A stretch of DNA of 64,000 nt, taken from contig JANXCX010000024.1 in NCBI GenBank assembly GCA_025059535.1, positions 106,569 through 170,568 of the forward strand, written 5' to 3'. Position numbers and translations under genes: made by a program. Positions 48,612-58,234 of the stretch are shown here, piece after piece (position 1 is the first letter of the stretch; each line of letters begins with the position of its first letter). The DNA is from Bacteroidia bacterium. Lineage in GTDB: Bacteria; Bacteroidota; Bacteroidia; SpSt-205. Under the pieces are notes generated by a model. The model had not been told where the DNA came from and ran no database searches. It was given only the letters and a program-made list of their open reading frames with translations.

Positions 48612-49433
48612 ATGGGGGTTTTTATTTTACTCCTCAGTCTAGGAGGGTTCGGAAGGGATAGTAGCAAAGTCTTTGCCTTCTCCCCACGAAAACTCTATGA
48701 AGGCTTAGAAAAGCTCTCTGAGCAGTTGCCTAAGATGTGGTGGGATCGCCGGTGCTTAGCTCCTTTCAGACCCCAGGATATTACGGCGCTGCTTGCGCCT
48801 AACCTGCCTATTACTATCAAATTGCAGGCTTCAGAAGAGACGCTATCGTTCGTAGTGCCTGTACGAGGCGCCCTAAACTCGGGCTTTGGCTTTCGGTGGG
48901 GATGGCAATTCCACTATGGCCTAGATATAGACCTTCACTGGGGCGATACGGTCGTAGCCGCTATGGATGGCGAGGTACGGCTAGCAGGTTACGACCCAGG
49001 CGGCTACGGCTACTACTGCGTGATCGCGCACCCAAATGGTTTGGAAACTGTTTATGGCCATTTTTCTCGCCTCCTTGTAACGCCTGAAACCCAAGTCAAA
49101 GCTGGTCAGCCCATCGGCCTGGGCGGAAGCACTGGCCTGAGCACTGGCCCTCATCTCCACTTTGAAGTACGCTTTCTCGGAGAACCGATAGATGTGAGCG
49201 CCCTGATAGATTTTCCTAATGGCCAGCTCTTAGAGCGCGAACTGCACCTGAGCCGGGAGACCTTTGGGCACCTAAAAACACTTCGGAATGCGGTGTATCA
49301 CACCGTACGTCCCGGCGAGTGCCTTTCGGTTATAGCCCGCCGTTATCGGGTTTCTGTAGGGTATTTGTGCCGTTTGAATGGCCTTTCCCCCCGAAGTGTG
49401 CTGCGGGTGGGACAGCGCCTCCGCATTCGATGA
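48612..49433 (+). CDS. M23 family peptidoglycan metalloendopeptidase with C-terminal LysM
   Basis: HYGLD, YGH, STGPHLHFEVR; YHTVRPGECLSVIARRY. Confidence 0.93.
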   Translation: MGVFILLLSLGGFGRDSSKVFAFSPRKLYEGLEKLSEQLPKMWWDRRCLAPFRPQDITALLAPNLPITIKLQASEETLSFVVPVRGALNSGFGFRWGWQFHYGLDIDLHWGDTVVAAMDGEVRLAGYDPGGYGYYCVIAHPNGLETVYGHFSRLLVTPETQVKAGQPIGLGGSTGLSTGPHLHFEVRFLGEPIDVSALIDFPNGQLLERELHLSRETFGHLKTLRNAVYHTVRPGECLSVIARRYRVSVGYLCRLNGLSPRSVLRVGQRLRIR

Positions 49434-50017
49434 AGCGACGCGCCGTATTTGGCTTGGGTAATCCAGGGCCTACCTACGCCAAAACACGTCACAATATAGG
49501 CTTTCGCGTAGTAGAAGCCTTAGCTCAGCAAATAGGGGCGCCGCCCTTCACCCCCCAGCGCTATGCTGAAGCTACCCACTGCACCTACCGCAGTATTCAG
49601 TGGTATCTTTTCCGCCCTACTACTTACATGAACCTTTCGGGGACTGCCGTAGCCTACTGGAAAAACGCTCTACAGCTTAGCCTAGAGGAGCTGGTCGTAG
49701 TGCTAGATGAGCTTCAACTCCCTTTAGGCGCGCTACGGCTTTCTCCCCGCGGCTCAGCCGGCGGCCACAAGGGCTTAGAGCATATCATTGAGCGGCTTGG
49801 AACGACCGAATTTCCACGCCTCCGTCTAGGAATAGGAAAAAATTTCCCAAAAGGTCAGCAGGTAGCCTATGTGCTTTCACCATTCACCCCAGAAGAAGAA
49901 AAGATACTTGAAGAGGTCATTCCGCGTGCCGTAGAGTGCCTCTTAGCGTGGGCCCTGGCAGGGATTGATAGAGCCATGAGCCAGCATAACCGCTCTCTAT
50001 CCACACCGCCCGCCTAA
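49430..50017 (+). CDS. pth: Peptidyl-tRNA hydrolase
   Basis: GLGNPG, TRHNIGF, PTTYMNLSG, GSAGGHKG, RLRLGIG; ATGA coupling. Confidence 0.96.
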   Translation: MKRRAVFGLGNPGPTYAKTRHNIGFRVVEALAQQIGAPPFTPQRYAEATHCTYRSIQWYLFRPTTYMNLSGTAVAYWKNALQLSLEELVVVLDELQLPLGALRLSPRGSAGGHKGLEHIIERLGTTEFPRLRLGIGKNFPKGQQVAYVLSPFTPEEEKILEEVIPRAVECLLAWALAGIDRAMSQHNRSLSTPPA

Positions 50018-50092
50018 TCCCCACTTATATTTAGGGCCTTCTTAGTTTTCTTCTTTTTAGGCTGAATTGGACGGATGAGTGGATTTTAGGGT

Positions 50093-50587
50093 ATGCGCGG
50101 GGCATTACTTATAGGTGCGGGGGCGCTGTGGGTAAGTTGTACGGCACGCGCCCGCCTCCAGCGTACCGAGCTTCGGGTGGTGGAAGTAGCCAAAAGCTAC
50201 CTGGGCACGCCTTATCGGTATGGCGGCTTAGATCGCCGAGGCCTAGACTGCTCGGGCTTAGTCTGCCGAGTCTATGAAGAGGGGGCAGGTATGAAGCTGC
50301 CACGCACTGCGGATGCCCAGGCTAAAATCGGGCGTCCTGTGGCGCGCCGCGGGCTCCAGCCGGGCGACTTGGTATTTTTCAAAGAGCCGGGCAGCCGCAA
50401 GGTAACGCATGTAGGGATTGTCTCGGCGGTGCAGGGTAGGGAGGTGCATTTTATTCATGCTTCCTCTACGCGCGGCGTGCGGGAGGACCGCCTAAATGAC
50501 CCCCACTGGCAGGCCCGATGGCAAGGCGCCCGTCGCCTCCTTCCGCCATCAAAAGCCCACGCACAAAGCGGTCGACGGGGAAAGTAA
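50093..50587 (+). CDS. NlpC/P60 (C40) peptidase lipoprotein
   Basis: Lipobox WVSC; GTPYRYGG, DCSGL, HVGI, FIHAS. Confidence 0.93.
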   Translation: MRGALLIGAGALWVSCTARARLQRTELRVVEVAKSYLGTPYRYGGLDRRGLDCSGLVCRVYEEGAGMKLPRTADAQAKIGRPVARRGLQPGDLVFFKEPGSRKVTHVGIVSAVQGREVHFIHASSTRGVREDRLNDPHWQARWQGARRLLPPSKAHAQSGRRGK

Positions 50588-50930
50588 GCTGCATCAACTC
50601 CGGAAAAAGCCACATGGCACGCACGCGCCCCGTAGCCGGCCTAATCTCCCCCTCTACCCAGGCTAAGTAATAGATAGCTAAAAGGCGCGCCGCCGCATGG
50701 TAATAAGAGCGCTGAAAAAACTCGGTAGTATAAAAATGCCTTGTATGCACCACCTCCACGCCCAGCTCCTCCCGAATCTCTCGGCGCAGGGCCTCTTCAA
50801 GGCCCTCCTCGGCCTCCACCCCCCCGCCCGGAAACTTCATAATCCAGCCCCCCCGAAAATATTCCTCTAAAACAAGGTAACGCCCCCCTTCATCGGGTAT
50901 CAGCCCATACACCCGTACAATCCATCTCAT
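50466..50930 (-). CDS. NUDIX hydrolase
   Basis: Nudix box FPGGGVEAEEGLEEALRREIREELG. Confidence 0.88.
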   Translation of the reverse strand: MRWIVRVYGLIPDEGGRYLVLEEYFRGGWIMKFPGGGVEAEEGLEEALRREIREELGVEVVHTRHFYTTEFFQRSYYHAAARLLAIYYLAWVEGEIRPATGRVRAMWLFPELMQLTFPVDRFVRGLLMAEGGDGRLAIGPASGGHLGGPPARRA

Positions 50931-50939
50931 ACCACGCCT

Positions 50940-50947
50940 TACCTTTG
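50940..50947 (+). promoter_or_regulatory. -7 box TACCTTTG
   Basis: 5 nt before GTG 50953. Confidence 0.6.
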
Positions 50948-50952
50948 CAGTG

Positions 50953-51297
50953 GTGTGGATCTGCGTACTAAAGGCGAAAATACACCGCGTGCGCATCACG
51001 CAGGTGGATCTAGACTATATAGGTAGCCTCACCTTGGATGGGGAGCTGATGGAGGCTGCAGGTCTCTTACCCTTTGAGCAGGTGCATGTGCTGAATCTCA
51101 ATACGGGGGCACGGCTAGAAACGTACTTGATAGAAGGCCCTCGCGGCAGTGGCGTAGTTGGACTCAATGGCCCTGCCGCACGCATGGGAATGGTAGGCGA
51201 TCTCGTGATCATTCTAGCTTATACCTGGCTGCCAGAAGCCGAGGCACGCACCTATCAGCCCAAAATTCTTTTCCCTAAGGAAGGAAATCGTCTGTGA
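50953..51297 (+). CDS. panD: Aspartate 1-decarboxylase
   Basis: KAKIHR, YIGS cleavage site, NTGARLETY, NGPAAR. Confidence 0.95.
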   Translation: MWICVLKAKIHRVRITQVDLDYIGSLTLDGELMEAAGLLPFEQVHVLNLNTGARLETYLIEGPRGSGVVGLNGPAARMGMVGDLVIILAYTWLPEAEARTYQPKILFPKEGNRL

Positions 51298-52229
51298 GAC
51301 GCCGATGGATAGAAGCGGTCGTGGGCCTAGCCCTCGGCATAGGGCTAATGGGATGGGTTTTACGGGGATTTGAATGGAGGGAGCTGAAGGCGGCCTTAGC
51401 CAACTGGGAATGGCTGGTCTCTGCGGCTTTTGCGCTCTTAGGGGCCCATGCGCTGCGGGCATGGCGCTGGCTCGCTGTACTGCGTACCAGTGGCGCTAAC
51501 TTGCCCTTTGCGGCCAGCTGGTGGGCTCTTATGCTGGGCTACCTCGCTAATCTCCTTCTGCCTCGCTTCGGAGAGATTCTGCGGTGTAGTCTACTCTGGC
51601 GCTGGCACCAAACGCCTCTCCCCCTCACCTTAGGTAGCGTAGTGGCCGAACGGCTCCTGGATATGCTCATTCTTCTCTTTCTAGTTGGAATTACCGCTGC
51701 AGTAGAAGGGCGCGGCTGGCTTGAGGCCTTAGGCCTTACTGCTTGGCTTCCGCTAATTAGCCTGCTTTTGGCCATAGGACTCTTAGGGCTAGGGCTTTTG
51801 TGGTACTTCTGGTTGCGTCAGAAAGCCCGCGGGATAGTCCAGCAGGCGCTGCAGGGTTTCATGGCTCTGGCCGAGACACGGCCACGGAGCCTAATCCTCC
51901 TTTTCTCCTTAGGGATTTGGGTAGGGTACTGGCTCAGCACTATGAGTATTCTCTTTGCCGATGCGGCTTCGGAACGCTTCTCTTCGGGCCTCGTGCTGTG
52001 GGCCAGCTGGATTCTCCTCACTGGCTCAGCCTTAGCAATGGCCCTACCCGTCCCAGGGGGCTTAGGTACCTTCCACGCGATTGGGCTAGTGCTTCTGACC
52101 TACCTAGGATGGGAGAAAAATATAGCCCAACGCCTCGTGGTAACCGCACATGCGTTTCAGACGCTCCTTATACTGCTTGTAGGGGCCGGCGGCTTAGGGT
52201 ACGCCTTTTGGCGGACAACCCGAACTTAG
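51294..52229 (+). CDS. Lysylphosphatidylglycerol synthase TM / flippase-like membrane protein
   Basis: LRAWRW, GYLANLLLPRFGEILR, AERLLD, PVPGGLGTFH. Confidence 0.88.
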   Translation: MRRRWIEAVVGLALGIGLMGWVLRGFEWRELKAALANWEWLVSAAFALLGAHALRAWRWLAVLRTSGANLPFAASWWALMLGYLANLLLPRFGEILRCSLLWRWHQTPLPLTLGSVVAERLLDMLILLFLVGITAAVEGRGWLEALGLTAWLPLISLLLAIGLLGLGLLWYFWLRQKARGIVQQALQGFMALAETRPRSLILLFSLGIWVGYWLSTMSILFADAASERFSSGLVLWASWILLTGSALAMALPVPGGLGTFHAIGLVLLTYLGWEKNIAQRLVVTAHAFQTLLILLVGAGGLGYAFWRTTRT

Positions 52230-52239
52230 ATGCTCTTTT

Positions 52240-52247
52240 TATCTTTG
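52240..52247 (+). promoter_or_regulatory. -7 box TATCTTTG
   Basis: 7 nt before ATG 52255. Confidence 0.6.
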
Positions 52248-52254
52248 AACTTTT

Positions 52255-55200
52255 ATGCCAAGCCTTTTGTGGCTGAGTGGCAGCCTATGGCTGCAGCTTA
52301 GCGGCACGTACTGGATCAATGGCACTTCGCAGAGCGCGGCGCGCTCTTTTGCTACTTTGCAGGAAGCCCTGGATACCTTGGCCCATGTAGGGGCTCAAGG
52401 CACCGTATGGCTGCGAATCGTCTATCCTTATGACCCTACGCATGAGCCATCTACAATCCGTGTAAAGGCCTACGCCTGTCAAAGCTGTAGCGTAGTGGTG
52501 GCGGTAGATACGCCAATAACTATAGCAAAAAGGCCTCGCGCAGGATGGCAGGAGGGTCAGTATGTGCTGCGGATTCAGGGTGGGGTTCAGCGCTTTACGC
52601 TGAATGGCCGCGGCCGACTCACGCTTAAGAGCCTTACCGATACCACCGAAATAACGGGCGTAGTCGGGATTGTGCCGCGCTCAGGGCCAGTAAGCCATAT
52701 ACGCCTAGATAGCTGCCGCCTAGAAGGCCATTCGCGCCAGGGCACGCAGCTGGCCTTTTACATAGGCGATAGTACTAGCGTTACTTTAGTTCCTGTATGG
52801 ACGCAAGTAAGTCACATAACCCTACACGCTTGCACTTTACAGGCGGCGCGTTATCTGGCTGCAGCAGTGGCGCCCTGGTGGGGATATATCAGCCACCTCC
52901 GAGTAGAGAATTGCGTTTTAGGTTATCCCACTACTCAATGGTCCGAAGCCGCCTATGCCTGGGGCAGTGCGCCACGAGCCGCAGCTTTCTATGGCCGATG
53001 GATTCAGCACCTTACCCTTACTGGCTGCCTTATTCAAGGCGCCTGGGAAACTCAGCATAGCGTACAAGGCGTGCACTTAGAGTTCTGCCATACCGTAGCG
53101 CTGCGCGCCAACCGCATTCGAAATCTACGTAGTTTCTCTACCGAAGGCCACGGGGCCGTAGGCATACGGCTACTTGCCTACGTTCAGAGCGGACCTACCT
53201 CGCACCTCATGGAAAATAACTTTATCGGTAACCTCATAGGTAGTGCCGATGAAACGCTCCCCGGCTCTAGTGACTACCTTGTGGCGGGAGTCGTTTTAGA
53301 AGCGAATGCCCCTACTACGCTGCCCCATTTCAGCCTGCGGCACAATACCATACACCTCTATGGTCAAGCGGACGCTAACGCCCCTTGGGCCAAAGATGGG
53401 TTTAGCGCAGGCCTCGTCATAGGTAAAAATCTGCTCGGCGGTGTGGAAATCTCGGGTAATCTTATCCAGAACACTTTACGCTTGCGCAGCCTTCAGCCAT
53501 TGGAGGCTAAAGAAACCTGTGGATTAGCCTTCTGGGAGCCAAGTACTGCTATCGCCTGGAGCTCCATGAACCTTCGGCACAACTTCTACTACATCCGAGG
53601 AGAAAGGCTAGAGCGGAGTTATATTGCTCGGGTAGGTTGGGGCGACAATAAGCGCGTATTTGGCACGTTAGCAGCATGGCAGGCTTTCTCGGGCTTAGAG
53701 AGCGGCTCGCAGGAAGGTGTAAGCTACCCCGCCCCCTTTGTCCATCCCGACGAACCTATATTAGAGGCAGGACAGCCTTGGGAGGGGATAAATGCGGGCC
53801 CTGTGCCAGTCGTAGTAAATACAGACCTCTATGGCACCTTGCGCCCGCAAGGCAGCGGTCCCGATCCGGGGGCGGCGCCCGACATAGGAGCTTATGAGTT
53901 AGATGGTACGCCCTTTCCCTGCCATCCTCCAGCTACCCAGGCCCTTAGCGCTTCGGCGGTGGAGGGATGGGTAAGTGAGACTCTAGCTATCCATTGCGCT
54001 AATCCCCCGGCCTTATCAGGTCGGCTTAGCCTTCTTTGGAGCCTTGATGGCGGCACTACCTGGCATGCGCGGACCCTGCGTCCGACGGATTTTCCTTTAC
54101 CTTTTCCTCTTCCCGCCCCTGCCCAGCTCCCTGGGTTAGTTGAGCTACGGCTTGTGGCGGCGCCCTTGCCAGGCTGCCCAGGCAACCCAGACACCTCGCT
54201 ACCCCTTACCATCTTAGTGCGCGACCGCCCAGGTAACCGTCCAAGTAACGCCATCCCCCTCCAGCTTACCGCTGTAGCCCCGGGACTGTGGGAAGCCACT
54301 CATACGGACTCTCTTCTTGGACTTGGCCTCACAGATGAGTTTAGCCAACTGCCCGCAAGCCGTAGCCGCGATCTTTTCTTCACTTTTACCCTCCCTGACT
54401 GTTTGGACTCATTGGAGATAGACCTCTGCGATGAAGCTACAGACTTTGATACGCGCCTTCATCTCCTAAGTGATCTGGACACAGTTAGCGATCGCGATCA
54501 GGGCCATCGCTCTGACTGCAGGGGTTATCAAGGCCGTGGTGGCCTCACCTCGCGGGTGATCGTACAAGCCGCTGATAATGTTCAAAGCCCATCCGATGAG
54601 AACTTTAGTCAGCCGCAGCGCGGCACTATGCCTCTGACCCCTAATCAGCGCTTTTATTTAGCAGTAGAGGGGGAAGAAGCCTTAGAGGTAGGGCGCTTTC
54701 GGCTGCGCCTGCGCGGGTATAACCTTCCACCTCAACCGCCTAATTTAGGCCCCGACCGGGAAGTCTGTCTCGGTGGGCAGGGCATACGCCTTTCAGGTTT
54801 TGCCCCTGGCGCCAGCTATTACGAATGGTTCATAAATGACGAGCGTTTAAATGGCGTGCAGGACTCCTTTATTGTTTTTTCCGGACTGCCAGGCCAATAT
54901 GAAGTGGTAGTGGTGGCTCATTGGGTTCCCCTTCAGGCTTGCGATGCCCCTGCCTCCGCCCGCGATACGCTAAACCTTCAACTCCTCCCTGCGCTTCAAG
55001 CCACCCTACGCTATGAGAATCGCCGATTCAATAACGGGGATACTCTTCACCTTCCTTTTGGCCTTCATACTTTATATGGTGAGACGCCAGCAGCGGACCC
55101 CCTATATACTTGGCGGCTGTATGACCGAAGGGGTACCCTTTTAGAGGTGCGCCGCGGACCTTCCTATACGCGGGCATGGGAAGTTTCAGGCATTTTTATG

Positions 55201-55527
55201 TTGCAGCTTACTACCGAAGCGGGTGGATGCCGGGAGGAGGATACGCTCTATTTAGAGGTGAGCGCTGCGGCTAGTCTTTCTGACTTAGGGTCGCCGGTGC
55301 CCGCTTTATGGCCTAATCCAAGTAAAGGTACAGTTTGGCTCTACCTTCCTACTCCAGGCCCCGCTTTTTACCGCCTATTCAATTCGGCTGGCCAATGCCT
55401 AAAAGAAGCCTTCTTAGAAGGTGGTACGATAGAATCCCTTACCTTGCCTTTTGCGTCTGGGTACTACTGGCTTCAGATTTCCACTGCCCAGGCTACATTT
55501 AGCCTACCGGTTCTGATTGTGGATTAG
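52255..55527 (+). CDS. Large T9SS-secreted protein: parallel beta-helix, choice-of-anchor-Q-like motif, PPC-like and Ig-like domains, CTD
   Basis: LSGTYWI..FATLQEAL, NNFI/HNTI repeats, TDLYGTLRP..PDIGAYE, CDEATDFDTRLHL, LWPNPS. Confidence 0.8.
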   Translation: MPSLLWLSGSLWLQLSGTYWINGTSQSAARSFATLQEALDTLAHVGAQGTVWLRIVYPYDPTHEPSTIRVKAYACQSCSVVVAVDTPITIAKRPRAGWQEGQYVLRIQGGVQRFTLNGRGRLTLKSLTDTTEITGVVGIVPRSGPVSHIRLDSCRLEGHSRQGTQLAFYIGDSTSVTLVPVWTQVSHITLHACTLQAARYLAAAVAPWWGYISHLRVENCVLGYPTTQWSEAAYAWGSAPRAAAFYGRWIQHLTLTGCLIQGAWETQHSVQGVHLEFCHTVALRANRIRNLRSFSTEGHGAVGIRLLAYVQSGPTSHLMENNFIGNLIGSADETLPGSSDYLVAGVVLEANAPTTLPHFSLRHNTIHLYGQADANAPWAKDGFSAGLVIGKNLLGGVEISGNLIQNTLRLRSLQPLEAKETCGLAFWEPSTAIAWSSMNLRHNFYYIRGERLERSYIARVGWGDNKRVFGTLAAWQAFSGLESGSQEGVSYPAPFVHPDEPILEAGQPWEGINAGPVPVVVNTDLYGTLRPQGSGPDPGAAPDIGAYELDGTPFPCHPPATQALSASAVEGWVSETLAIHCANPPALSGRLSLLWSLDGGTTWHARTLRPTDFPLPFPLPAPAQLPGLVELRLVAAPLPGCPGNPDTSLPLTILVRDRPGNRPSNAIPLQLTAVAPGLWEATHTDSLLGLGLTDEFSQLPASRSRDLFFTFTLPDCLDSLEIDLCDEATDFDTRLHLLSDLDTVSDRDQGHRSDCRGYQGRGGLTSRVIVQAADNVQSPSDENFSQPQRGTMPLTPNQRFYLAVEGEEALEVGRFRLRLRGYNLPPQPPNLGPDREVCLGGQGIRLSGFAPGASYYEWFINDERLNGVQDSFIVFSGLPGQYEVVVVAHWVPLQACDAPASARDTLNLQLLPALQATLRYENRRFNNGDTLHLPFGLHTLYGETPAADPLYTWRLYDRRGTLLEVRRGPSYTRAWEVSGIFMLQLTTEAGGCREEDTLYLEVSAAASLSDLGSPVPALWPNPSKGTVWLYLPTPGPAFYRLFNSAGQCLKEAFLEGGTIESLTLPFASGYYWLQISTAQATFSLPVLIVD

Positions 55528-55780
55528 GCTGCGCCTGTAAAAGAGCCGCACAGGTTACATGAGAATTTTTAGCATTACTTTTTAGGCTGACTGGATCAAA
55601 CCGCATACCTTTAGCGCAGTAGAAAGTCATCCACCTACCTTAGCTCACTAAAAGCTGAAAAGGCGAAAAGAAAGCCTCCCTATACGATGAATCGGCCTAT
55701 TCACAGAGCAGAGTTAGAAGAGGGTATTGTGGCGTCTGCCTCTACTGCTCCGCTGGGATAGTGCGGTCTAAAAAAAAGGT

Positions 55781-55788
55781 TATATTTG
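55781..55788 (+). promoter_or_regulatory. -7 box TATATTTG
   Basis: 3 nt before ATG 55792. Confidence 0.6.
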
Positions 55789-55791
55789 ACC

Positions 55792-56283
55792 ATGCCTATT
55801 CACGAGGCCCTCAATCAGCAGGGTTTTTTGCTGGCTCGGCTGGATGACCTTATAAGCTGGGCACGCACAGGTTCGCTATGGCCGATGCCGATGGGTCTGG
55901 CTTGCTGTGCCATAGAGATGATGGCCGCCGCTGGGCCTAAATATGATATCGCTCGCTTCGGGATGGAGCGCTTTTCCTTCTCGCCGCGCCAGGCTGACGT
56001 CATGATTGTAGCGGGCTGGTGCACCTACAAAATGGCCCATGCCATCAAGCGGATTTGGGACCAAATGGCCGAACCCAAATGGTGCATCGCCATGGGCGCT
56101 TGCGCCTCCACGGGTGGCATGCACCGCGTATATGGCGTAGTCCAAGGGGTGGATCAATTCCTTCCAGTGGATGTATATGTGCCGGGCTGTCCCCCACGCC
56201 CCGAAGTACTCCTCCATGCTCTTATGGAGCTTCAGAATAAAATTCGCCGAGAGCACTCGCTGATTCAGGATCGCAACCCATGA
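55792..56283 (+). CDS. nuoB: NADH-quinone oxidoreductase subunit B
   Basis: [39 protein letters not shown]. Confidence 0.96.
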   Translation: MPIHEALNQQGFLLARLDDLISWARTGSLWPMPMGLACCAIEMMAAAGPKYDIARFGMERFSFSPRQADVMIVAGWCTYKMAHAIKRIWDQMAEPKWCIAMGACASTGGMHRVYGVVQGVDQFLPVDVYVPGCPPRPEVLLHALMELQNKIRREHSLIQDRNP

Positions 56284-57428
56284 GTGGGCAGCCCCAGTAG
56301 CTGGAGAAGGTGGTCGGCTTTGAGCCAGCTCTCCTCCCATTCGGCGAGGGGATCGGAATCATAGGTAATCCCGCTGCCTACCTGAATAAGTAAGCGCCGG
56401 CTGGCGCGATCGTAGACGCAACTGCGTATAACTACGGCAAAGTCGGCCTCCCCCTCTGGCGATAAGTAGCCTACCGCCCCCGAATAGAGACCACGCCCTA
56501 TGGGCTCAAGCTCGTAAATGTAGCGTAAGGCGGCTTTCTTAGGGGCGCCAGTCATAGAGCCCGCTGGAAAAAGGCTTTCCACCACTTCGCAAGTGGATAC
56601 GCCTTCGGCGCGCTCTCCCACTACCGTAGAAACTAAGTGATGCACCGTAGAAAAAGTATGCACCTCGGCTAGCGCAGATACTTGAACCGAGCCGGTAAGG
56701 CACACGCGCTGAAGGTCATTCCGCACTAAATCCACAATCATCGTGTTTTCCGCCATCTCTTTTGGATTTCTCTTCAAAGACTCCAAATTACGCAGGTCCT
56801 CTTCCCAGGTTTTGCCTCGCGAGATAGTTCCTTTGATGGGCTGCTGGACTACTAGCTGCCGCCACTGCCAGAAAAACCTCTCTGGCGAGGCTCCGATAAG
56901 ATACTTTTGCTGGTATTTGAAGATATAGTTGAAGGTAGAGGGCCAGGCGCGCAAAAGATGTACATACACTACCAGAGGATCCAGGGCTACTTCCCAAAGG
57001 AGCGCCAAAGTAAGGTTGATCTGATACACTTCCCCACTTCGGATGAGGGCCCGAATCCGATCCACTGCCTCTAAGTACCCCTGCCGGTCAAAGGAGCTAG
57101 CCAAAAAACGAGCCGCCGAAGAGGGAGGAGGTAACTCCTCCTCACTCCATTCCGAGGCCTCTGACTGGGCGATTACTATATGAGGCACAAAAAAGGCTAC
57201 TTTAGGAAACTCCAGCCAGGGCTTTTTATAGGGTGCTTTCCATTCGTAGCTCCAACCACCCATGTACCATTCTCTTTCCTTGAAAGGGTATTTAGCTACT
57301 TGCCGCCCCATCCCCATGACCCACCGATACAGGCTCAAATCATCCTGGGGATTATTCTGCAGGCAGAAGTAAAAGTAGGGATAGCGGTCGGCCCAGTGCA
57401 AAAGTTGAAGCAGCCTCAGGCGTTCCAT
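56265..57428 (-). CDS. pabB: Aminodeoxychorismate synthase component I (chorismate-binding family)
   Basis: [46 protein letters not shown]. Confidence 0.85.
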   Translation of the reverse strand: MERLRLLQLLHWADRYPYFYFCLQNNPQDDLSLYRWVMGMGRQVAKYPFKEREWYMGGWSYEWKAPYKKPWLEFPKVAFFVPHIVIAQSEASEWSEEELPPPSSAARFLASSFDRQGYLEAVDRIRALIRSGEVYQINLTLALLWEVALDPLVVYVHLLRAWPSTFNYIFKYQQKYLIGASPERFFWQWRQLVVQQPIKGTISRGKTWEEDLRNLESLKRNPKEMAENTMIVDLVRNDLQRVCLTGSVQVSALAEVHTFSTVHHLVSTVVGERAEGVSTCEVVESLFPAGSMTGAPKKAALRYIYELEPIGRGLYSGAVGYLSPEGEADFAVVIRSCVYDRASRRLLIQVGSGITYDSDPLAEWEESWLKADHLLQLLGLPTHGLRS

Positions 57429-57787
57429 GGACGGTAGTAAAGCTGGTCGCAAAAGCTCTCTAGCGAAGGTGCCACAAGGAGCGGAGAGGAAGAAGGCCTA
57501 CTGCGCCACTGAAAATACACACCACCCTCCGCTACATCCCAAACAAGGATATTCCAGAAGGCATCATACCCCAGCGGTAAGTAGGAAGGGGGTAGATTGA
57601 CCCCCAAGCGCTGTTTGTGCAGGAAAATGTCGCGCGGCCCCCCTTGCGGTTCAAGCAAGTAGAGGAGACGTACCGAACAAAGCGTGCCTTCCCGTACGAT
57701 ATCAAACATGGGGTAGCGTCGGGCGCGCTCTAACCACTTGTAAAATACCGGCGGCAGTTCCAGGGTGTAAGGGCGAGCCCAGCTCAT
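57416..57787 (-). CDS. SMI1/KNR4 (SUKH)-like protein
   Basis: LPPVFYKWL, LPPSYLPLGYDAFWNILVWD...GGVYFQW...VAPSLESF. Confidence 0.6.
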   Translation of the reverse strand: MSWARPYTLELPPVFYKWLERARRYPMFDIVREGTLCSVRLLYLLEPQGGPRDIFLHKQRLGVNLPPSYLPLGYDAFWNILVWDVAEGGVYFQWRSRPSSSPLLVAPSLESFCDQLYYRPWNA

Positions 57788-57793
57788 TTACTT

Positions 57794-57810
57794 CAAATAT
57801 AGTATCTTGG
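57794..57810. promoter_or_regulatory. Back-to-back -7 boxes (TATATTTG on -, variant TATCTTGG on +)
   Basis: 6 nt before ATG 57787 (-) and 4 nt before ATG 57815 (+). Confidence 0.6.
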
Positions 57811-57814
57811 AAGC

Positions 57815-58234
57815 ATGCGCTGGGTCGCTTTTCTCTTAGTCGCTTATTTGAGTGCTCAGTCGGGCGGGTATGACCCAAATGAGGTGATTGGTGAATCGGA
57901 GGGCGAGACGCCCTCCCCCGTCGTGGTGCCACGGGAGGATATAGCCATTCAAATAAATGGCCAGCCTTTCCAGTGGCAGGACCCTTTAGTTATAGAGGGC
58001 GGTAAGACATATCACATTTATATCACGGGTATGCGGCCGCATTCTAAGCTGATTTTACGCTTTTTCAAGGCAGGGCAGAGCGCAGGCGGGCGCCAGTTTG
58101 ACGCCAATGAATATGGTGAGCTTGAATTGGAAGCCCGTTTAGAGAAGCAGAAAGTTCAGGGCATAGCTGAAGTAATTTATTATCCTTCAAATGGGCGGGA
58201 GGTTCGTCGGCGCTTCAAGGTGAAGATACACTAG
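57815..58234 (+). CDS. Hypothetical secreted beta-sandwich protein
   Basis: Signal peptide ending LSA-Q; beta-strand-rich mature region. Confidence 0.65.
   Translation: MRWVAFLLVAYLSAQSGGYDPNEVIGESEGETPSPVVVPREDIAIQINGQPFQWQDPLVIEGGKTYHIYITGMRPHSKLILRFFKAGQSAGGRQFDANEYGELELEARLEKQKVQGIAEVIYYPSNGREVRRRFKVKIH

Noticed and set aside
55528-55780. Gap upstream of nuoB as a riboswitch or nuoA remnant
   Set aside because: I recognised no aptamer consensus or hydrophobic NuoA-like frame, and the promoter box lies downstream of it.
35167-55788. TTG starts called at 35169, 39613, 44598, 48603 and 55786
   Set aside because: Each TTG is the end of a TTTG promoter-like box; in-frame ATG/GTG codons lie downstream.
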